This document shows positions 1 to 12,157 of a stretch of DNA of 64,000 nucleotides, piece by piece. The notes under the pieces are model-generated. The model was not told where the DNA came from. It did not search any database and worked only from the letters and a program-made list of their open reading frames with translations. The position numbers and the translations under genes were made by a program. Origin of the DNA: Takakia lepidozioides (Eukaryota > Plantae > Bryophyta); the NCBI GenBank assembly GCA_030704615.1, contig CM060731.1:77748001-77812000 (forward strand). The letters run 5' to 3'. Each line of letters opens with the position of its first letter. Position 1 is the stretch's first letter.

Positions 1-266
1 AACCACAGGATATCAAAGGAGTACACCTCTCAAAATTATGGGAGAAAGTAAGTGCCTTGCCTATCATACACAAATGCTGCCACACCACATGAAGCCAAAG
101 CATCTTTCTTCTCCAAAAGGTTCAACACTGATATATAATAATAGGGTGGCCAAAAATTCAGAAAATAAAACTAATACCCCCATAGAAAATGCCTGTTTGC
201 CTCACGTGCCTGAGAAACTAGATAGGGAGTGACCTCCCCGAGACCAAAATCCACATTAAAAAATGG

Positions 267-2600
267 GCCTATGCGGACGACTTAGCCATCCTTGCTCACA
301 AACCCTAGCACCTTAACCGCCTAGCTGACAAATTATCCCGCTTCAACCAATGGTCCGACATGGAACTCAGTCTCCGCAAATGCGCCGTCACAGCAGCCAC
401 CCACCACAGCAAGTTTACCCGAGCTATGATTGACTACCACTGCAAATTACACATCCAATACCAAAACAACCTTTTTCTTTTCTTAGGTCCTGACGAACCT
501 TATACACTCCAGCTTGTTCCCTCACTCAAATGGCACGTCCAAAAGGCCACTACACTTACCAAACTAACTAACAAAAGCCTAACACTCCTTCAATCCCATG
601 TCCCCATTAGACCAAAATTAGTGATTATTCAGTCGGTGCTCAAACCACAAGTCCAATACGCTTTCCACGCTGCTCTATTCTCCCTCCCTGACATATGCAT
701 GCTTGACAAACATGTTATCCAACTTACCAAGCGAATTTGTGGACTCCCTACTAGTACCCCGAATGCCCTTACCCACCTAACCCACAGATAGTTATGGTAT
801 CGGTTGTAGCCCGCTCATCACCTCTTACGCCCGCACCCTTGGTACTCAATTATTAGACCCTAGACGCCTAGGGCTCATCTACCGGGGTATCGTCAGACAC
901 CTCGCCTCAAAATTCAATGGTCTCCACTCCCTTCCAATCCTTCACCCACAATCATGCCGTCACTCCCCAACCGCACGTTCTTTGCTCATCCTGCGACAAA
1001 TGTGCATTAGCCTGCAAACGGACCTTCCAGGTTATTCCTAACACGGTGTCTCCATTAGAAACCGCCTAGATCTCAAGCCCTTTCTTCCTCAATTTGAAGC
1101 ATCACACCCCTGCCAGAAAACAACCATCCTCAACTACTTTAAGGAATGCCATATCACTAACCTCACCCAACTCACCACTGCCACCGGTACCAAGCTAATA
1201 ACCCCCCGTGAATACACTTTGAAATACTCTAGAGCCACTACTAAGACCTACCGGTTCCTCCTATACCTCCGTACCTTATTTTGTTACCCCTCTACCTCAT
1301 GCACCCTAGATTGCGATCTCCCATGTCGGCTTTTCCCACACAGTCCACAAGACTTACTCCCTAAGTTCAGGTCAGCCCCGGCCCCCTCTATCCTCAATAA
1401 GCTCAGGACCTCTCGTACCACAACCCACCAAGAACCCACTACCCTAGAGTCTCCCTCTCAGTCTTCCCATGATACCATTGTCCTGTCACAATCCAATGAT
1501 CAACAACAATCGCCCTCCTCCCCCACCTGGTCTCCCCCATAGACATACACCCAACCCCCATCTACCCCCACTACACCACAATCTCACAACTCCACCCCCA
1601 CCAACCCCAACAACTCCAACGCCTTTGTCATTGAAGCTATACTGGGGATTAAAACCCAAACTTCCGCAGACTCTTTGGGTGCGACTTGTCTAGACTCATA
1701 CAATCTTTGCAAATGGGCGGGCTTTCCAGATAAAGACAATACCTGACAAATTGAGGACGACCTCTTTGGCTCGCATGATGACTGCGACCCTGACCACAAC
1801 ATAGCCCTCCTTATTGCCTTCCATAAACGTACTAATACCAACTACCTCACACACTCATATGTACAACTTATATCCCAAACCCAAACCCAAGACAACCGTC
1901 ATGTCTCTCGCCCGCTGCCTGCCGACAATATCCTAATTGACATCACTGAATGCAACCCTGACAAAGACATGCTCCATGTCTTTCCCACAATATGCGCCGG
2001 CCCTCAAATGTCCTCTATTTACACTAACAACGGTCGCTTCCTCGGTCTCATTCCCAATGACAGGGTAGCTTGGTTGTGGGCCGGTACTCCTCCCATACCC
2101 CCGCCACCAATCAGTTACACCCGCCACGTCAAGACTTCGCTACCAAAATATGTTGGCTCCTAGATAGATACCTTCGCGACACCTCCCCCCCCCCATAAAG
2201 CCACGATCTCAAACCAAACTCTCCCAAGCATATACCCATAGTGTTATTTCCCAGGACATACTCACCCTCCTCATCACCTCCTTTCAACTAACCCACTCAT
2301 ACTACTCTAGCCCGCTTACCTGTCCCATGGACATCCACTCATTCGCCAGTCCCCATCCTAGAGACTGCATTTTTGGGGCTTCTGGCTCTGCCACCCAACA
2401 CTCATGGTGTGGAAGAGGGCTGGCTCTCCCCCCCCCCCCCCCCCGGACCCCACACTCAGGAGGCTCTACAATGGGCCCGCTTCGCGGCCCATGTATCCCC
2501 AACATCGACTACTATCCTCGTACTCACCCACCAGCAGTCACCTGACAACCCCCACCTCTTACTACAACTTCCACGGGACTCGGCTACCAATCTGTCATAT
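267..2600 (+). mobile_element. Degenerate non-LTR retrotransposon, 5'-truncated part: RT C-terminal half, chromodomain, PCIF1-like MTase fold
   Basis: AYADDLAILAHKP*HLNRLADKLSRFNQWSDMELSLRKCAVTA from ~267 (RT YADD motif and the following palm motif). Chromodomain FVIEAILGIK...YNLCKWAGFPDKDNT*QIEDDL at 1624-1764. YYSSPLTC..FASPHPRDCIFGASG..W..LALPP at ~2250-2445. Many stops and frameshifts. Confidence 0.8.
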
Positions 2601-3413
2601 GGCTGGCTGGATTGAGAGTAGTGCAATACACATGCAGCTGGAAAGTAAGGGCTTGGAATTATTTGTTCATGGACTCTTTGTTGCATGAAGAGAGATATCC
2701 ATCCTCACTACTCATCCCTGACTCTACCAAGAGGCAGTTTTTTCACCTTTTTGTTCTTGAAAGGAATTGATGATCATCTGAGAGTTCAGAGTGGAAGTAG
2801 GCACGGAGGGTAGCAAGTCTCAATCTGTCTCAGGCCCATGTCATTCTTCTTCTTCTCCTTCTAGAGTGTCTATCACCAAAGCGTATAATTGTCTGGGAAA
2901 ACATTGGACCCTCTAAATTTGATTGCTAACATTTACAGCTAGTTGACAGAGAGAATGTACTCATTAGACGTTGTTTGCCGTAGCCTTGTGGCCATTGACC
3001 CCAAGTTGAGAGAGAGAGAGAGAGTGTACTCATACCGTTCCTTGCGGACGTTGGTCTGCCATATCCTTATGGCCATAGACCCTGCGGGGGAAACTAACCC
3101 TCCCGGAGCCTTTTGTGATTGCACCCACCAGGGTTCAGTTTATCCCTGCAGCAAAGCTGCAAGCATAAACTTCTTTTTTCCGAAACTGCCATTAAGTTAC
3201 TCACGGAGGCACTTGTCTGCATGTGAACTCAGCAGCCCGGTTTCAAGGTTATTGATTTTAGTTTTTGTAGCCCTGTGTGGGGTGTCCCAGAAATGACATG
3301 TATGTCACTCTTGGAATGGAGCAGGGCAGGTTGAGAGAGAGTGTGTGTGTGTGTGTCTTGTGCACTTGTCTTTGTGGGAACTGCTTCTACATCAAGCATA
3401 TGGTGTGTTGCAG

Positions 3414-4430
3414 TGGGCATTTATGACATTGCTGGAGCCACACAAGAGCTTATCACATTTGATTTACATGGGGTACCTGGTGACACATCTTCTGCTTTTC
3501 GAATCACATGCTGACGGCGGCAAGACTGGAAGAGGCAGCGCTCCCAGCGTGGGATCTTCCAATGTTTTGTATTTGGCCCAACCAATGCAGGCAAATCTGC
3601 TCTTTTGAACGCCCTTATTGGCAGGTTTGTTGGCTTTCAACAGAACCTGGAAGCAAACTCCCTGAGATGATTTATTGCACCGGGCACACCCTATGAAATT
3701 TTTCTCAGTGAATCTTTGTATTCATACAGAAAGGTTGATTTTCAGATAGAAGATGTCTTAGTGTAAGTGAAATGCACATGCTGTACCTAAAACAAACAGG
3801 AGGCATTCTGGAAATATTGTGGTGAACAGTCACTATCATTCTCACAGCATCTTGGAACCATATTTGGTTGGAGGACGAAACTCGGGCTAATTGAGTCTTT
3901 CATTCTGTTCAATCTATTTGAGTTCACATCCATGTGACTGCAGGCCTTACAATGAAAGGTGTGAGCACACCCAGGGTGTTGCGGTGAATCTTGTTGAACA
4001 AATTGGGGTATGTAGGTGATGGCGATTAGAGGCCCAGTTGGTTCTGATTGCTTTATGAAAGTTGCTGGTACTATCAAATATGTAAATGTCATGCAAGGAT
4101 TAGTTTTTCCTTTCTTCGGAAATAGCTTTGCTTACAGATAGAAGTTTTGTGGGTTGGTAACAAACAAGTTTTCGGGGGAATGTATCAGCTCAAAATGCAC
4201 TTTTATGCAGCTGTAGATCTGCTTGCGGTTTGGTAAAAAGAGGGTTTGGATCTCATGTCCTTTGAGGTACTGTCTTGCTTTGATTTCACTCGAGTGCATA
4301 AGGTTTCAAGAGAGGTCTCTATGGAAGGAAAGGTGGGGAACTGGCTTGCTTCTATCTGACAGAGCTGGTATGATGCGTAGGGAGTAAAGAAGACACTGAT
4401 CATGCGGAAAACTGGACCTTGAGGATGGAT
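3414..4430 (+). pseudogene. MIRO: MIRO (mitochondrial Rho GTPase) pseudogene, three downstream exons
   Basis: Exon 3414-3624 WAFMTLLEPHKSLSHLIYMGY / (frameshift) GDTSSAFRITC*RRQDWKRQRSQRGIFQCFVFGPTNAGKSALLNALIGR (P-loop of second GTPase domain). Exon 3944-4007 PYNERCEHTQGVAVNLVEQIG. Exon from 4381 GVKKTLIMRK. AG/GT boundaries present. Confidence 0.85.
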
Positions 4431-4579
4431 CTGCACCCACATTCCATGGTATGAAGTACCAGACCAATCTGGTATCATCTCAGGACACTACCTAGCATAT
4501 ACCCGTATTGGCCGGGTATCTGCTTCGTAATACTATGGATGATACCCTAGTAGGTGGTTGAAAATCCGATACCTGATGA

Positions 4580-6245
4580 GAGAGAGAGAGAGAGAGAAAG
4601 AAGCCTCCGGCCGAGGCCGGCGTAACTAAGAGCCACTTCGCCTTGCGGCTACTGCCTCCTTTCAGGGGTGGGCCCTATATGTTCAGGGGACACCAAGAAC
4701 CTGGGGGTAGAGGTAACCAGGGTACATGGGGGATTATGGAGCGGAGAGTGGGTTGGCCTCTAGTTTCCGCTTGTTTGTAATGATGGCTGTGAGAGAGCGG
4801 AGGGCTGTGAGGTGAATTTCCTTAAAGCATTTGTGGATAGGGGATATCGGGATATAGAAATTACCGTGTAGTGCTAGCATTGTGGATACCTCCTCGAGTG
4901 CCGGCCGTAATATCAGAAAGAGGGCCGGTATTCCAGCCCCTGCGATGGATAGCAAGGATAAGTGGTGCATACTTTTGTCGTTTTTTCTAAAATGGAGGAG
5001 GTGGGGTAGCGATCATGGCAGTATGTGAATTCTATAAAATAGATGGTGATATGTGGGGATGGGGAGGTAGGTGGCTGGGTATTGATGGGTAGGCCGTGAA
5101 CAAGCAGGATGTCAGGGCATAGTCTGGTAAGACAGGTGCAAGGAGAGCGCGGACACATGCATGGGAGTAGCCATGGTGGGATAGTATGGTCTGGAGGTTT
5201 ACCTTGGTAGGTGTCTGCATTGACGAGTAAGAACCAGCGGGTTTCGGAGCATAAGAAGTTTTGTGGATTTGCCAGACTGCCTGGTTATGACGGATTATAT
5301 GTAGGCCGTGGATGACCGGGTGGGTACATTGGCTCAAAAGATGCAGCCATGTGTCGCTAACCTGGTGGGTGTGAGAGCATAGAGGGCAGTTTGGTGAGGG
5401 AAATAGGCGTGGCCAGAAGACATGTTTACGTTGGTGGCCCATGTATTGCGCGTATCGAAATTTAAGCGTTTGTTTAATTTGAGCATCAGTCGCAGCTTTG
5501 GAGTGCCAGAAATAGTTGGAGAGTTTATGATGGAGCGGACTTTCAGGAAGTGGATGGGTTGGCCTAGCTCTATTGCAAGTCTGAATATGGCTACGATCTG
5601 AATGGTGATGGTGTGAGGAGGGACACGAGAGGTGGTTACGAATAAGGAAAAACGTTGTGAGACTGTCCGTGAAGATGTAGTGGGGAGGAGAGAATGAGGG
5701 TAATTGGGAGAGGGCCACGTAGATGGCCATAAGCTCAGCACGGAGTATTGTAGCAGGTCCAAGGAGTCTAGCGGATGTGCCTTGGTTCAAGGCAGCATGA
5801 TAAACGCCATACCCGGCGTTGGCTCCTATGTGGGAACCATCGGTATAGTGGGAATGAAGCGGTGGGTACTTGGGGGGCATATGTTGGCGACATGGCAGTG
5901 GGGTGGCTAGTGTAGGTGAGGGGGCAGGGGGTGGGTGGGGAGGTGCTTTAATCGAGGTTTTGCTCAAGTTGATTTTGGGAAGTGGACCAGGTGCAGGGGT
6001 AGTGGGATTTTGAGGTAGGAGAGGGGGTAGATGGGGAATTAGGTCGCGGTGATCTTGAAGCCATGAGTACGCTCGAGTGTGTGGACGAGGTGGGTGTGAA
6101 GTGTATGTGGGATGGGATGGGCGAGTGCGTGTTGGATATGTAGGAGGAGAGTAATGGTGGGTTCATCATGCTTAAGTTATTTAGGGAAGGGTGGATTCTT
6201 TGAGTATATGGGCTGACCGAGTAGGTCCAGATACCACTTGTTGAT
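4580..6245 (-). mobile_element. Non-LTR retrotransposon 3' part: RNase H, CCHC zinc finger, restriction-like endonuclease, structured 3' UTR and (TC)n tail (Dualen/RandI-like)
   Basis: RNase H YTDGS..AGYGVY..ILRAELMAI..IFTDSL. CPLC..DTWLHLLSQC..RHNQAV. RLE RLCPDILL..IYFIEFTYCHD..K. ORF ends at 4734. (GA)n on + at 4578-4598. Confidence 0.85.
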
Positions 6246-6308
6246 AGATGACGAGTAATACTGCAATGAAACACCTTGAACAAGAAATCCAGTAACATAG
6301 TACCCTAC

Positions 6309-7330
6309 CTTAGAAAGAAAACCATTCAAAGTGATCCCTCCCACTGCATTTGTCTCCGCAGCGTTTTTATAAATTGGATCCTCCCATGGGCTGCCACAAA
6401 ATTGCAACAATCCATGTGTCTCTCTTTCATTGTCAGAACCACCAGAACTGCATGACTGTTTGTGTCAAAGTGTCCATTACAATACACTTGTTATCTAGTA
6501 CAGAAGACCTTAGAAGCAAAAACAAAAGAGAATAGTGCTTGAATGGTATACAGCCTCAATGCTGTAAACTCTGGAAAGTTCCTAAGCTCTTGCCTGATGT
6601 AGAAACCAAAATAATTCAGTATATACTGTTGTTGAAGGACGTTTGTAATATTTTGGGAAATGCGTAAAACCAGAGTCTTTTGCAGCCGATTTGACAGTGA
6701 AGTTTACCTCATAGGAATAGGACATCAACACTTGGAGATCCTAATGAAACAGTCTATAACAAACCCATAAACCCTGTGAACGTGGTCATTGACCGAGCCT
6801 AAACTTTCTTGAAACAGCCCTGAGGATGACCCCTTTAAGAGTTGAAACTTTTTCATACAGTACTGTGGCAAACACTCACTTGGAGGCGGCTGTTGAGAAA
6901 AGCTCCTCCAGCTCCTGAGAACGCAGTGCACCATCCTGAAAGAAAAAGTTATAACACCTTAAAACCCATGTCAAAGTTCAAACCAGTTCCATCCTAGGAA
7001 GCTTCTTGATTCCAGCAGTTTCATTCTCATACGACAAACTCCTGTTTTCAAACACTGATCTTAAACAACAACCTGAAGCCTCTCTAAAAAGAAAGAATAA
7101 AGCCAACCAAAGCTGGCATAAACCCATGGCATCTAGGCAGGATATTTAACATCCAGTTATACAGGGGGAGGAAGACTATGCCCATTACTTCACTGGGACC
7201 AAAACGCCACAGAGGCCTCACTCAGTAGGATGTCAGACACTTCAAACTAGGTGCACCTGTGGCATAGCCTCCAAAACGAAGTTCACCTATACTGTGGACA
7301 CCTGACCTCACCACATCCAGTGTATGAAAT
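6309..7330 (-). pseudogene. MIRO: MIRO pseudogene, upstream EF-hand-region exons
   Basis: Exon 6935-6880 DGALRSQELEELFSTAAS and exon 6390-6309 PWEDPIYKNAAETNAVGGITLNGFLSK, both with AG/GT. Possible exon remnant FHTLDV|GTGAG near 7312-7330. Matches the plant MIRO stretch FSTAPESPW..AAEKTALGGLS..FLS. Confidence 0.8.
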
Positions 7331-8669
7331 GACAGGGATTTTATCAAGTCAATATGGCATGGCAGCTCGGATGAGGCATCATGGAAGCATGCCGCAGAGC
7401 TATTTGTGAAGGCGGCAGCACATGGGGGAGATCAATGGGGTGGCACTCAGTTCTCTGTCCAACCAAGCTACCAACAGGTGGTGATATCAGTTTAACTTGT
7501 AGCATGCGTGAGCATAGCTATACTTTTATTATTGTTAAACATAAATCCCCCGAACTAGCATTATAGCTATTAGCCACATTTACAATATGTGGGAATGGTG
7601 CCGTTGTTGGTTAGGGCTTTTCTTATTTCAGTTCAATAATGGCTACAATGGCCAGCCATACCTGCTCTAGATGATGGGTCCGAGCTGCGGTTTGGGACCG
7701 ACCCTTGATGCAACCCCTCATATGTTAGATCCGCTAATGGTTCCGTTTTAGCATGAACATGAGGATGAATTCAAGAAATGCCCATATATTTTAATTTAAC
7801 ATACACACACATACAGAGCAATTCGTCTAATTTATTTTTCAAGCGCCCACCACGCATTATCACCACCAATTAGTTATTAGTTGAACATTAGCAAATGTCG
7901 TATCTAGTCTCACTTTTGGTCTATATGACACCAAACATCCTCCGTCCAAGAAGCAGGGATGCCAGGTGAGCTTTTTGGACAGTATGTAAAAGCCTCAAAG
8001 GCTCTCGTGCTTTGGCAAACATAAGGGGGAGGTGAGGCTAAGGGCATGACTCAGCAAAACACCCCAATCAGAGCCTTGACACGGTGTACGGTCCTTTGAC
8101 CACATTAGCTCCATTGACTTGAACATGATGCATACATAGTCTCTCTTCGCCAGCAAACAAGAAACAAAAACAGTTGTACATCTTCCTTTCTCATAACAGA
8201 AAAGAAGCTGGGAAGTGACTCGTTGCGGTTGTGAATTTGTCGCACTCGTGAGAACGTCGGTCACATCGCTCACGAAAGCGCTCCGTTTCTTCTCGCTTTG
8301 CTGTGCGTGGCGAGAGGGACAGCTGCAGTTGTTGTCGAAACGCGACTTTGAGGGCTGGATTACGATGGATTCCAGCTGCAGATCACGGGTTGACCAAGAG
8401 TGGGCCTCCCCGATCCCGATATATAAGATGACCTCACTTCCATCCAGCACCGAGCAAAACCAGCATGGGACCAGCATTCTCACCAGAAAAGCTCTACTGG
8501 GGGTAATTGTGTGCGACTCTCAAGTGTGTACTTTAAACTATAGGACAGTGCACAAAGCTACACTAGGACAACTGGTTGATAGTACATAGAAGAGAGAGAG
8601 AGAGAGTCAAGGTTGGAATTTCGCAGCCATAGACATTTGATCTCGAGCTGGTGTTTAACAGAAATTACA

Positions 8670-10571
8670 ATGGATTCGAGCCAGAAAATAGCGACCTGTG
8701 TGATGCTAATGGTTATGGCAATCATCTCCACAGCTACGGGGGTAGCAACAGCAGGGACAAGCGTGGGCTTCTACAAAAGCACCTGTCCTAACGCCGAAGG
8801 CCTGGTTCACTCCACAGTTGCAACAGTCTTTCAGTCAGACAACACAATTGCGGCCGCGCTGCTTCGAATGCAATTTCATGATTGCTTTGTCAGGGTATGT
8901 GCATCCGTCATTCCTCGTACTTTTATTTGTCGATTTGTATAACAACAGCTGGTCAATATAAAGTTCGACTGAGCAGCTTTCTTTTACATTACCATCCCAT
9001 TCATTGATGTAAGAATATATTGGTGATAATAGTTGGGAAACTGATGAACACGAATGAATATGTTCTAACCGCCAGCTGCACATTTGGGTCTCAATGCAGG
9101 GGTGTGATGCATCGCTGCTCATAAACAGCACCAAAAACAACCAAGCAGAGAAAGATGCGGGTGCAAATGCAAGTGTGCGTGGCTACGACTTGATTGACAA
9201 GGCCAAGTCCGCTGTTGAGAAAGCCTGCCCGGGCGTAGTGTCTTGTGCCGATATCATTTCTGTCGCCACCCGAGACGCCGTTTCCTTGGTATGCTTAATG
9301 AGGAATTCCCCTTCCCGACCCGCTATGAAGCACAAACATATTATATAGAAAACAGTCCACTGCTTATATTTCAGTACAATACATAAATTAAATGAATTTG
9401 TATAAGGTGAAGCCAGCCAACTTCTATCCAAGAGTTGGACCGCTGTACAAATTAATGAAATACTCTGTCGTCATTCCCTAAGTATCTCACAGTTCAGTCT
9501 TTTCTCCACAAAAGATAGTGTGCATGCGCAAGAACAACTCAGAATTCGGTTCACAACAACACAGGTAGATCTGACCTGTACCGGAAGAGTAGCTGAGCTT
9601 GCTCCAATTGGATCCTGCAGGTTGGTGGTCCACATTGGGATGTTCCCACAGGACGTAGAGACGGCCGTGTATCGCAGGCAGCAGAAGTGAATCTTCCATC
9701 TCCAAGCATCAGTGTGGCACAATCTGTATCCGCATTTGCTTCCAGAGGCCTCTCTGCCGAAGACATGACGACTCTGCTGGGTAAGCTATTGACATTGGTT
9801 AGATTTCCCAGGAGCACCTGTCCATGAGCTCCCCATTCCAACCGTCATACACTTCAGAGTATGTCAGGAAGCTTGAGGAATAGCAATCCACAAAAGTCAT
9901 ATTAATGGACCACCAAATGTTATGTAAGCCAATCTTTGATAGAGCTCAGTTATCAGCGTCCTTAGAAGACTTCTGTACATTGTAGATCAAGGATTCAAGT
10001 GGATCTATTAGATCGCTGTACGTCGAACTAATGAAAGGATTGGTTCTTTATAGCTGACCTGGAAATGCCCATGTATGTGCCTAGTACTGCTCTTTGTCTC
10101 TCCAAGTTTTTAGCGCTCGGTATCCGTCTCACAGTTGATAACGGTCCTTCAGGTGCTCATACAATTGGAGGGACACATTGCTCATTTATCCGCAACCGCC
10201 TTTATAACTTCCAAGGCACTGCCGCCGCTGACCCCTCCATGAACGCCCAGCTTGTGGTCTCATTGAAGAAAGTGTGTCCACAGGGATCCGGAGTCAATGC
10301 CGCAATTGCATTAGACCAAGGCACTGGATCCATCTTTGACAACAGTTTCTACAAACAGTTACTGCAGGGGCATGGAATATTGCAGATCGACCAAGAGCTT
10401 TCCGCTGATCCGAGCACCTCCGGATTTGTCAACGCTTATGCTGGCAGTAAAAGTGGGCGGGCCTTGAATTTCGGTGCAAATTTCGCACAGGCAATTGTGA
10501 AACTGGGGAATGTAAATGTTTTAACGGGTGCACAGGGAGAGATTCGCCACATATGCAGTGCCATCAACTAA
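8670..10571 (+). CDS. Class III secretory heme peroxidase, intact; exons 8670-8894, 9100-9288, 9621-9780, 10153-10571
   Basis: Signal peptide, [22 protein letters not shown]|GCDAS (distal His), VSCADI, GRRDG, LLG|AHTIG (proximal His), [18 protein letters not shown]. Three GT-AG introns at the canonical positions, in phase. Confidence 0.96.
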
Positions 10572-11149
10572 GGACGGGACATGAACTTGATCTCAAGATC
10601 AACCAGACAGGCAGATCGAAGTGTTTCCAAAGCAAGTAGACTGCAAGAGAACACATGAAGAAGGGACTGAAAACTTATACAATTTTGATGATAGAGCTTG
10701 TACACAATCTTGATTTTTTGGAGTTCTAGATACTGTTCCATGATGACACATTTAAACACTCATTCATTCAGGGTCTGAGGCAGAACCCTTCAATAAAATA
10801 TAAACTCATACTTTTGTTACTGAATATCCACATGATCTATTTGTAAAGTGAACCATTTGCACGTACTTTGTGGGACAGACTTCTTTAATCTTCAGTGCGT
10901 ACGGTTTTATTACTACAGTATTGCTTGCACGGCTAGCTAGCAGAACTGCTGAACATAGCAGGGTTGTGAAGATATGGCAGATTCCTGTGCGAGCTCCTGA
11001 TCAAATCCTTAAGGGTGATTGGAGTGCCATCAAAACTCTCGAGTTTTTCAGGAATGAGTTTGTGAAGGTTCGGTCATGCCTCGAGCTTGTCTCTTAAGTT
11101 CCAGAAAGAAAGGGCCGGATCATCTTATATTAATTGAACTACATTAAAT

Positions 11150-11880
11150 TGGAAACTTGAGTGGCATCTTCTGGATGTACTGGGAACAAAACCAACCCAC
11201 AGCCATATTTTGGCTATTGTGAGAGGAAATGGTAGCTCCTTCGAGCTAGTACATTTTCTGCCTACTCATGAACACAGTATCCAATATCCCCGGCCAAAGT
11301 GGAGCATTGCCAACAATCGTCTCCAAAATCCCAAAATTGCTAGGCTAGCACCTTCAAATTTGTATGAGCAACTCCAACAAGAGATTCGCGAAGGAAATAA
11401 AAGACAGTCTAAGAAGACCAGATGTCATACGTACAAAATAGATTGCTGAAACTGCGAGGCATATGCCTTTGGCTTGGGCCCGCTTTAACTTGCACAGCAG
11501 TTGGGTTCCCCTTCCTATACGATCAATGGCAATCAGCCCTTCTTGGGGGTATTGCTCCTTCACATGCCTTGATTGAGCATTGGGATGTGGGGATGTGGAG
11601 AGGGCAGGAGAGATCCCAATCTTAGATCCAATCTTCTTTGGTGCTAGATGTGAGAAAGTCATTGGTGACGGTAGTTATTCTCTTCCTCAAGTTTTACACA
11701 AAGCTTGGATGAACACGATTTGGTCAGGCACAGTGGTCTCATTTGGTGAGCCATGCTGCCAGCAGGAGTTTCGAGGCTCAAGCTACCTTGGAACAAGAGT
11801 TCATTGTCTGTTGGGCCTCCCACAATCTCTTTTGCAATTGGGATTTGGGGCTTGGTAGGTTAAAGTGGCATGTCATGCCT
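11150..11880 (+). mobile_element. Possible highly degraded L1-like LINE 3' fragment
   Basis: Trp-rich pieces (QWQSALLGGIAP..IEHWDV, RCEKV..LPQVLHKAWMNTIWSG) resemble plant L1 ORF2 C-termini; no catalytic motif seen. Confidence 0.25.
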
Positions 11881-12157
11881 CCTACTTGTTTTCTTCCTCG
11901 GAGGGTTCTATTGAGTAAATCTCTTCCTTTCGCAATAACAAAAGAAATGGGGATGTTGCTTCAAATGTTGGTGAACCTGACAGCTATAAAGTGTTGGATC
12001 AATCAGCAGATACATGTTACAAAAAATATGTTCCTTTCCGGGATTCAGAAATCGAATTTATAGCAGAAAAATGTAGGGGCTTTATCTTTAGTCTCAGTTC
12101 CTAACTGCTTAACAATGCGAAATTGCCCGTACAAGTGTGGCAGTATACCTGGAGAAC

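Noticed and set aside
1-232. 64-aa ORF and a GTAAGT donor at 48
   Set aside because: Possibly the end of an exon from outside the window, but nothing identifiable.
4572-4602. CTGATGAG...GAAA resembling a hammerhead ribozyme core
   Set aside because: The intervening sequence is pure (GA)n and cannot form stem II; explained by the LINE tail junction.
4600-4680. HDV-like ribozyme suggested by GGCGAAGTGG on the - strand
   Set aside because: No P1/P3 nested pseudoknot or typical L3, and it sits at the 3' rather than the 5' end of the LINE.
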